The notes beneath the pieces were generated by a model. It ran no database searches. It saw only the letters and a list, made by a program, of their open reading frames with translations, and was not told the origin of the DNA. From Dehalococcoidia bacterium (lineage in GTDB: Bacteria; Chloroflexota; Dehalococcoidia; Lucifugimonadales; CBDBON01): a stretch of DNA of 32,000 nt. Positions 8,845 to 15,278 of this stretch are shown piece after piece. The position numbers were made by a program, and so were the translations under genes. Each line of letters begins with the position of its first letter. Within the stretch, counting starts at the first letter, position 1. The DNA is taken from NCBI GenBank assembly GCA_965208395.1, contig CBDBON010000003.1:242422-274421 (forward strand), read 5' to 3'.

Positions 8845-9189
8845 CTATTCGGCGTTATTCCGCCGCCGCCGGCCTCGTCGGCGAGGCGCGGGGCCATCGG
8901 CCTCTTCCCAGAAGAAGACGACGTTCCCCTGTCGGGTCGTGACGATGTTCTTGCCCAGCAGTCGAGCCGCCGTGCCGAGACGGCGTCGAAGGGCTGCCGT
9001 AGTCTCGCCTTCGTCCGGGGTGAGCTTGCCTGCCCGTCCGGTTTCGAGCTGGTTGATATAGTCCACATACTGGCGCACTATTGCACCCCGTTTTCCGGAT
9101 AGGGACAGCTCAAGCTGTGCCTGTTGGAGCGAAACTACTTCAAGTGTTGGCAACTTTAGAGTCCTCCCGTGTTCTGATTTAATAATCAT
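8845..9189 (-). CDS. Hypothetical small protein (~114 aa) with an Arg-rich C-terminal tail; no family recognised
   Basis: ORF 8845..9237 begins at a TTG. I prefer ATG 9189 (MIIKSEHGRT...), and a GTG further in (VRQYVDY...) is also possible. The distal two-thirds has strong GC3 coding bias and protein-like sequence (AIVRQYVDYINQLETGRAGKLTPDEGETTAALRRRLGTAARLLGKNIVTTRQGNVVFFWEE), ending in PRRRGRRRRNNAE. No clear SD at either start. Confidence 0.45.
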   Translation of the reverse strand: MIIKSEHGRTLKLPTLEVVSLQQAQLELSLSGKRGAIVRQYVDYINQLETGRAGKLTPDEGETTAALRRRLGTAARLLGKNIVTTRQGNVVFFWEEADGPAPRRRGRRRRNNAE

Positions 9190-9514
9190 AAACCGAATCA
9201 CTATGTTTCTGCAAAATCGATGTGAAGCAGACGACAAAAACTGGAAGTGGAGCTATGAATATGTGAGTTCTGTCGGGCCGCAAACGGCATCTACATACAG
9301 GTCACGCCGTAGATGTGGCCGCGCTGGAACCTTGATTGGAGAGTATCCTACTGTGTTTATAAGAGATGTCCCTTAAAAATCCACTGTTAAAGCCTCTTCG
9401 GTAATCTTAATGTCTTCTGCGTCGAACGGAGTCGTCAGGCCGTCGAACGTCGACAGAGAGCACTAGTGTGGCCAAGATGCTCGCGTCACTCCGAGAGTCG
9501 AGATCGGCCGACAG

Positions 9515-9730
9515 CCTTGGAGTAGCCGGGTGGCGTTTGGGACCGTACTGGTTGCGCTCGGATGGATCCTGGAGGAGGGGCCTGTCGACGTAGGCGCGGC
9601 AACGAGGACACTGGGCGGAACATTACCTGAACGTCAGGTCCTGAGGGAAGATTGACTTTACTGAAGGGTTGTGGGACTGTTCGACTTGGAAGTTCCGTAT
9701 CGCCCCATCCGACTGAGCTTGCCCTATCAT
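9515..9730 (+). promoter_or_regulatory. Candidate (degenerate or variant) cobalamin riboswitch in the cbiB leader
   Basis: Motifs occur in the order expected for a B12 element:
- GGAGTAGCCGGGTG (9519-9532), compare GGGAAGCCGGTG.
- CCGTACTGG (9543-9551), compare CCCGCnACTGT.
- A helix GTTGCGC (9551-9557) / GCGCggCAAC (9594-9603).
- GACACTG (9607-9613), as in E. coli btuB GGACACUG.
- Hairpin ACCTGA-acg-TCAGGT (9625-9639).
- GGGAAG (9645-9650).
- A weak B12-box-like ATCCGACTGAGCTTGCCC (9707-9724) just before the start codon.
Several core positions deviate from consensus, and I could not run a covariance model. Confidence 0.3.
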
Positions 9731-9740
9731 CTCATTGTCC

Positions 9741-10697
9741 ATGTTCTCAATGTGGTGGGACGGTCTCGTCCTCGATGCCCTAGCCCTCCTGTTGGCTGTA
9801 GGGCTGGACCGTCTTTTGCCAGAGCCTCCGGCCAAAGTCCATCCAGTGGTCTGGATGGGAAGCGCCGTCGCCGCTGTGGAGGGCGCCGCTCCGCAAAGGC
9901 CGGTACCAGCGTTCCTATTCGGCAGCGCCATCGTCGTCATTCTCACAGGGGTATCGACTGTGTTGGCCTGGCTTGCGATGTCTGCTCTTGCGTCCGTGCA
10001 TCCGCTGGCCTACGTGGCGGGTGGTGCGATAATACTCAGGACCACCTTTACGGTCAGAGGACTCTCATCGGCGGCCAGGCTGACGCAACGGACCCTCGGC
10101 GAAGGCCGACTGGACGCAGCGCGGGCGAGTCTGAGGAGCCTGGTTAGTCGCGACACCACCGCCCTGACCCCGCCCCTAGTGGCCGCCTCGGCGATAGAGT
10201 CTGTTGCCGAGAACACGACGGATAGCTATATTGGACCATGGCTGGCGTTCGCAGTGTTCAGCGTGCCGGGCGCGGTGGCCTACAGGGCTATAAACACGCT
10301 GGACAGCATGCTGGGATATCGAGGCTGCTACGAATACCTCGGCAAGACGGCAGCTCGTATGGATGACGCTGTAAACCTGATGCCGGCACGGTTGAGTGCA
10401 CTGCTTCTGTTGGTGAGCGGGGCGTTGGCCCGTCTGTCTGTTCGCCGTGCCTGGTCCATCATGTTGAGAGACCGCAGACACACGGCGAGTCCCAATGCAG
10501 GACTGACCATGAGCGCAATGGCGGGGCTTATAGGAGCACGCTTGGAGAAGCCGGGACATTACTGTCTCGGCGAAGGTATGCGAGAGCCGAAGGCTGAAGA
10601 CATCGGCACTGCAATCCGTGTCGCTGAGCAAACTGCGATACTCGGGGTGGTCGCGACCGTCGGCTTGCTGGCGATGCGACACGCTATCACAGGCTAA
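9741..10697 (+). CDS. cbiB: Adenosylcobinamide-phosphate synthase (CbiB/CobD membrane protein)
   Basis: ORF 9735..10697 starts at TTG; in-frame ATGs at 9741 and 9750 are more likely starts. Family-typical N-terminus LDALALLLAVGLDRLLPEPPAKVHPVVWMG, then ESVAENTTDSYIGPWLAF, AYRAINTLDSMLGYR and ARMDDAVNLMPARLSALLL. Confidence 0.9.
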   Translation: MFSMWWDGLVLDALALLLAVGLDRLLPEPPAKVHPVVWMGSAVAAVEGAAPQRPVPAFLFGSAIVVILTGVSTVLAWLAMSALASVHPLAYVAGGAIILRTTFTVRGLSSAARLTQRTLGEGRLDAARASLRSLVSRDTTALTPPLVAASAIESVAENTTDSYIGPWLAFAVFSVPGAVAYRAINTLDSMLGYRGCYEYLGKTAARMDDAVNLMPARLSALLLLVSGALARLSVRRAWSIMLRDRRHTASPNAGLTMSAMAGLIGARLEKPGHYCLGEGMREPKAEDIGTAIRVAEQTAILGVVATVGLLAMRHAITG

Positions 10698-10715
10698 TAC
10701 ATAGCATTGACGACG

Positions 10716-11765
10716 ATGCATGGAGGGTTGGACGCGGCGGAGATGCGCTCTCTTGGGCTCCGGCCTGAGCGGGTGCTGGACTTCAGCGCCAACATCAACC
10801 CGTTGGGCCCGTCGCGGCGGGTGGAGCAGGCAGCAGCCGAGGCCGATATATCGACCTACCCAGACCGGCATAGCCTGATTCTGCGCGAGGAGCTGGCAGA
10901 GCGGCTTGATGTTGGTATCGACAGCCTGCTGGTGGGCAACGGCTCCACGGAACTCATACACCTGCTGGCGCGTGCCTGCCTCCGACCTCTGGAGAGGTGT
11001 CTGATATTCGCGCCGACCTTCGGTGAGTACGAGGCGGCGGCGACCATAGCGGGAGCGGAGGTCCGTCTCTTTCGGGCTGGTGAGGCTCAGGCGTTCCGGT
11101 GGTCAGTCGATATGGCAGTCGAGACGATCGGACAGACGAGACCCGGCATGATCTTCCTCTGCAACCCTAACAACCCTACGGGGGTCTACCTGCATCGCGG
11201 CGATGTCGAGAGAATCCGCAAAGCCGCTGGCGGGAACGCACTGCTGGTGCTGGACGACGCCTACGTCTCACTGGCCGATTGGCAGTGGGACTCCATTCCG
11301 ATGCTGCGAAGAGACAACATTGCCATCCTTCGTTCCATGACAAAGGACCACGCGCTCGCAGGAGTGCGACTAGGGTACATGGCGGCTCATCCAGACGTCG
11401 TCTCGGCCGTGCGACGGCTTCAGCCAGCCTGGAGCGTGAACGCCGTAGCGCAGGCTGCCGGGATCGCCGCTTTGGGGGATGAGGCGCACGTTGCTGAGGC
11501 GAAGAAGGTAATCTCGAAGGCGAAGGAGTACCTCTATGGTGAGCTGGCGATTCTGGGCGTCCCGGTGACCGTCTCCGCCGCCAACTTCGTCCTGGCTCGG
11601 GTGGGGGATGCGCCAGGAGTCCGTGGCGCCCTCCTGCGCCGAGGCATCGCGGTGCGCGACTGCACGTCCTTCGGTCTACCGGAGTACATCCGCATCGCCG
11701 CCCGGAGGGCCGAGGATTGCGCACGGTTGATAGGAGCCCTGCGAGAAGTGTTGGGGCATGAGTAG
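10716..11765 (+). CDS. cobD: L-threonine-O-3-phosphate decarboxylase (CobD; class I/II aminotransferase fold)
   Basis: N-terminal HGG...LDFSANINPLGPS is the hallmark of threonine-phosphate decarboxylases. It also has CNPNNPTG and a PLP-lysine region SMTKDHALAGVRLGY. The track ORF starts at TTG 10707; ATG 10716 (MHGGLD) is preferred. The stop overlaps the cobQ start by 8 nt (ATGAGTAG). Confidence 0.85.
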   Translation: MHGGLDAAEMRSLGLRPERVLDFSANINPLGPSRRVEQAAAEADISTYPDRHSLILREELAERLDVGIDSLLVGNGSTELIHLLARACLRPLERCLIFAPTFGEYEAAATIAGAEVRLFRAGEAQAFRWSVDMAVETIGQTRPGMIFLCNPNNPTGVYLHRGDVERIRKAAGGNALLVLDDAYVSLADWQWDSIPMLRRDNIAILRSMTKDHALAGVRLGYMAAHPDVVSAVRRLQPAWSVNAVAQAAGIAALGDEAHVAEAKKVISKAKEYLYGELAILGVPVTVSAANFVLARVGDAPGVRGALLRRGIAVRDCTSFGLPEYIRIAARRAEDCARLIGALREVLGHE

Positions 11766-13287
11766 TCACGTGCCTGCCAGAGTCATCATGGTACAGGGGA
11801 CCTCGTCCCATGCCGGCAAGTCCATCCTGGCCACCGCTCTCTGCCGCATCTTCGCCCAAGACGGGTTCGAAGTCGCTCCCTTCAAGGCCCAGAACATGTC
11901 CCTGAACTCCTACGCCACTCCTGATGGCGGCGAGATCGGTCGTTCTCAGGCAGTCCAGGCGGCTGCGGCAATGACAACCCCGCAGGTGGAGATGAACCCC
12001 GTGCTGCTCAAGCCGGAGGGTGAAAGGCGCTCCCAGGTCGTGGTGATGGGTCAACCCATTGCCGCTGCCTCGGTCCGGGAGTACTACAAGCTGAAACCTG
12101 CAATCTGGGAGACGGTGACTTCGGCGCTGGACCGTCTGCGGGCCGATTGCGACGTGATTGTCATAGAGGGGGCTGGCAGTCCCGCGGAGGTCAACCTCAA
12201 ACAGCACGACATCGTCAACATGCGAGTGGCCCTCCACGCCGATGCCCCTGTCCTGCTGGTAGGAGACATCGACCGCGGCGGCGTCTTCGCGCAACTGGTC
12301 GGCACCATGGTCTTGCTAGAGCCTGAGGAGAGGGCCTTGGTGAAGGGTCACGTGATCAACAAGTTTCGCGGCGACCCGTCCCTTCTCACGCCTGGACTCG
12401 GTTTCCTGGAGGAACGTACCGGAGCGCCGGTCGCGGGCGTCATACCGTACTTCTCCGATATACACATTCCGGAGGAGGACTCGCTGGGCCTCGCTGCCGA
12501 CCCGATAGGCGACGACGAAACAGTGGTAGACGTTGCAGTCATGCGCTTGCCACATATCTCCAACTTCGACGACTTCGATCCGCTGCGGCACGAGCAGGGC
12601 GTCCGTGTACGGTATGTGGGGCGGTCCCAAGAGTTCGGCACCCCCGACCTCGTGGTCATACCCGGTAGCAAGACGACGGTGGCGGACCTAGACTGGCTGC
12701 GCACGCAAGGCCTTGCCGAGCGTATCCTGGCCGCGCGGCGAAGTGGGACGCCGGTCATAGGTGTCTGCGCAGGCTATCAGATGTTGGGTAGGGCGCTGCT
12801 GGACCCGGACGGAGTGGAATCATCCAGAGCCGAGTCTCACGGTCTGGGGCTCTTGCAGGCATCCACCACTTTCGCAAGACGCAAGTCCACACACCAGGTC
12901 AATGGACATGTGACTGCGAGTCGGGGCCTCCTGAGCGGCTGCCATGGTGCAGAAGTCACTGCCTACGAAATCCACATGGGCGTCACCACGTCTGGTGAGG
13001 AGCTCTTTCGGCCATTCATCAAGGAGAGCAGATCGGGGCGCAGCGTAGACTTGACTGACGGTGGCATCGATGATGAGGGACTGACCTTAGGTACGTACCT
13101 GCACGGGCTTTTTCACAACCGCGCAGTTAGACGCTCGATATTGGAGTATGTGGCAATGAGAAAGGGCGTGACCCTACCGGACGCTGCCGAGGATGTCGAC
13201 CCAAGCGCTGAGTATGACAAGCTGGCGACTCTGGTCCGCAACCATATCGACATGAAGCTGGTCTATCGCGTGACTGGACTGAAATAG
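11758..13287 (+). CDS. cobQ: Cobyric acid synthase (CobQ/CbiP)
   Basis: 509 aa. N-terminal VMVQGTSSHAGKSILATALCRIF...FKAQNMSLNSY...GRSQAVQAAAA, IEGAGSPAEVNL, and a C-terminal glutamine amidotransferase domain (VIGVCAGYQMLG ... YLHGLF). Confidence 0.95.
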   Translation: MSSHVPARVIMVQGTSSHAGKSILATALCRIFAQDGFEVAPFKAQNMSLNSYATPDGGEIGRSQAVQAAAAMTTPQVEMNPVLLKPEGERRSQVVVMGQPIAAASVREYYKLKPAIWETVTSALDRLRADCDVIVIEGAGSPAEVNLKQHDIVNMRVALHADAPVLLVGDIDRGGVFAQLVGTMVLLEPEERALVKGHVINKFRGDPSLLTPGLGFLEERTGAPVAGVIPYFSDIHIPEEDSLGLAADPIGDDETVVDVAVMRLPHISNFDDFDPLRHEQGVRVRYVGRSQEFGTPDLVVIPGSKTTVADLDWLRTQGLAERILAARRSGTPVIGVCAGYQMLGRALLDPDGVESSRAESHGLGLLQASTTFARRKSTHQVNGHVTASRGLLSGCHGAEVTAYEIHMGVTTSGEELFRPFIKESRSGRSVDLTDGGIDDEGLTLGTYLHGLFHNRAVRRSILEYVAMRKGVTLPDAAEDVDPSAEYDKLATLVRNHIDMKLVYRVTGLK

Positions 13288-14221
13288 TGGGCGTTCACAA
13301 GGAGGATGACCTCGCCGCATGCGTCGTGGCACGAGGCGTGGCTTCGGCTCCCGGCACCTGCGGTGAGCTGGCGCAGGGAGTCCTGGACGGGACACCGGTC
13401 ATGGCAACCTGTCCCATCGACCTCTTCTCGACTGCCACAGTGGAGTTGTCGGAAGGCACGGGTCGAGTGCGCGGTCCCGTGAACTTGCCCAAAGCATGCC
13501 GCGCTGTGAAACTGACCCTCACGCTCATGGACCGCAGCGACGTGGACGCTCGACTGAGCATCGAAAGCCCGGTGCCGCGCAGAAAAGGGATGGCAAGCAG
13601 CACCGCGGATATAGTTGCGGCCATCGGAGCGACCGCTGCGGCGCTTGATGAGGAGATATCGGTCTTCCAGCAGGCGGAGTTGGCGCTTGCCATCGAACCG
13701 AGCGACGGCGTGATGCTGCCGGGAATCGCGCTCTTCGATCACAGGGATGGGCGGATCGCTCGGTCTCTGGGCGACCCACCCGCTATGAGGGTCTTGGTGT
13801 TGGAGTTCGCGGATGTCATCGACACCGAGTCGTTCAATGCGGTGGACCGAGGCGCAGAGCTCCAGCGGCAGTCGGCGCGCTTCCGAGACGCGCTCGAGCT
13901 CATCACCAGGGGAATAGAGAGTGCTGACGGCGAGCTGGTCGGCCGCGGCGCTACGCAGAGTGCCCTAGCATACCAGGCTGTGCTCCGGAACCGCAGCTGC
14001 CTACAGTGCTCGCCTTGGGTCAGACCGCCGGGGCAGTTGGCGTGAACGTTGCCCATAGCGGCACCGTTATGGGACTACTGTTTGCTGGGGACACGGACCG
14101 TTCGGCGGCCGAAGATGAGGCCTGGAAGCGGCTTCCGGATCTGACAGCAGTACACCATCGCAGGCTTATAGGAGGCGGTCTACTGCCAATGCCGCTCTCT
14201 CGTCTCCGACAGGGGAAGTAG
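13287..14221 (+). pseudogene. pduX: L-threonine kinase (PduX-type GHMP kinase) interrupted by a 1-nt frame shift near 13983-13987
   Basis: Frame A (13287..14045) encodes APGTCGELAQGVLDG...PVPRRKGMASSTADIVAAIGA (GHMP motif II). It then decays into RNRSCLQCSPWVRPPGQLA*. Frame B (open from about 13950, stop at 14221) encodes PEPQLPTVLALGQTAGAVGVNVAHSGTVMGLLF, which is GHMP motif III. This aligns with Salmonella PduX ...LLLPKPDFDSLLAL..YGVNVAHSGSVVGLML as I recall it. One extra C in gtgctcCcgg would restore a single ~311-aa frame. GTG 13287 overlaps the cobQ TAG by 1 nt. Confidence 0.75.
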
Positions 14222-14373
14222 AGCCGCTCCACCGTTCCGGACCCCTGGCATAGCTGTGGAGATAACGCGGCGTTTCTTGCCTCAGCCTGTTCCAGGACAC
14301 AGCCCAGCGCCAGAGGCTGCGCAACGCCGTCCCTCAGTAGTGGCGAATCTCCGCCGGAGACAGCGATGCGCTA

Positions 14374-15108
14374 CTAGTCTTCCGAAGTAAGGTCGCTCTG
14401 GCCCCGGTACATCCCCAGCCCGATGATGACGAAGCAGAGGGAACCGAAGGCGAGCATGCCGTTGTCGTTCCTGAGGAGCACTGCGGGATCGATGTCGGGG
14501 ACGTGCTGAAGGACCAGGAAGTTGATGCCCGCCAGCACTCCCATGACGACGAGGCCGTAGGAAGCCAGTTTGAATATGCTCATCGATCCGAAACGGGAGG
14601 CAAGGCCGATGCCGACCAGCATGGATGCGACGGGATAGACGGTCACCAGCGCTATGATGATCCCGGCCATCGGCGCATAGACGCTGAGTGCGAGGCCTTC
14701 GAAGAACGCCTGGTCGGCGCCGGACTGCATGCTGCGCTGCATCAGGTGGACACTAAAGTGTCTCATGCCCATCGCAATGGCGTAGAGAGCCCACCCGAAC
14801 AGACTCACGAACACGCCCAGCCGCAGGAGCGAACCGCCGAGCCCCGTCTGTCGGGGCAGGCGGAGCCAGGTGAGCGCGCAGTATGCGTAAAGGAACATCC
14901 CGATGATCGACAGCATGGACGCCAGGTGTGCAAGGCTGGCATTGTCAGCCATCGTCTCGAGGGCTAACGGGAAGTCGGTCTGGTCCACCGGGTCCAGCAG
15001 TACGCCGCCGGGAAAGAGCAGCGATGCTAGGACCAGAAGTATGACTCCAACGATCAGGGCCAGCCCCCCGAGCCTCGTGGCAGGTTGTGTGGCGATTGAC
15101 TTAGCCAT
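14374..15108 (-). CDS. Hypothetical multi-pass membrane protein (244 aa)
   Basis: ORF 14374..15279 trimmed to ATG 15108 (MAKSIATQPATRLGGLALIVGVILLVLASLLF...). This start is preceded by GAGGAGGAG 4 nt upstream. About 6-7 hydrophobic segments. No family confidently recognised (DUF4386-like at best). Confidence 0.6.
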   Translation of the reverse strand: MAKSIATQPATRLGGLALIVGVILLVLASLLFPGGVLLDPVDQTDFPLALETMADNASLAHLASMLSIIGMFLYAYCALTWLRLPRQTGLGGSLLRLGVFVSLFGWALYAIAMGMRHFSVHLMQRSMQSGADQAFFEGLALSVYAPMAGIIIALVTVYPVASMLVGIGLASRFGSMSIFKLASYGLVVMGVLAGINFLVLQHVPDIDPAVLLRNDNGMLAFGSLCFVIIGLGMYRGQSDLTSED

Positions 15109-15278
15109 GACATCTCCTCCTCGGGTGTGCGATACGCGCCTGAGATTGTACACTCTGACCCGGCATTTGCACAGATGCAAACGGCAAGCTGGACATCGCA
15201 GAGCTGGAGAAGGCGGTTTGCGGTGAGTAGGCTGGCTGAGACAAGCAAGGCGGCACGACGAGGGAAGGAAGGGAAGCA

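Noticed and set aside
8827-9102. 91-aa plus-strand ORF with a decent SD-like GGAGAG 6 nt before its ATG, antisense to the small orphan gene.
   Set aside because: Its product (PPPPASSARRG..., SSRRAETASKG) looks like antisense low-complexity sequence, generated by the CGG repeats that encode the Arg tail on the other strand. The minus-strand product looks protein-like with GC3 bias. This is not fully excluded, and it is listed as a refutation route for the orphan gene.
9400-9622. Stop-free minus-strand frame of ~72 codons in the cbiB leader, containing CSAQCPRCRAYVD (a CxxC zinc-ribbon-like motif).
   Set aside because: It has no ATG or GTG start. The only TTG leaves about 20 codons. There is no SD, and the remainder is Arg/Asp/Ser-rich. 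It is most likely chance, or at most a decayed gene remnant.
10176-12294. Minus-strand ORFs 10176..10961 (261 aa) and 11176..12294 (372 aa), opposite cbiB/cobD/cobQ. The same reasoning applies to 15513..16289, 20432..21523, 22129..22968, 26653..27480 and 26862..27776.
   Set aside because: All overlap well-supported genes in antisense or alternative frames and translate to low-complexity Arg/Pro/His/Gly-rich sequence. I treat them as high-GC shadow ORFs.
13975-14010. Programmed ribosomal frameshifting as the explanation for the pduX split.
   Set aside because: There is no X-XXY-YYZ slippery heptamer, no obvious downstream stimulatory structure, and no precedent known to me for recoding in GHMP kinases. 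A 1-nt deletion in a C-run is the simpler reading, whether real or an assembly error.
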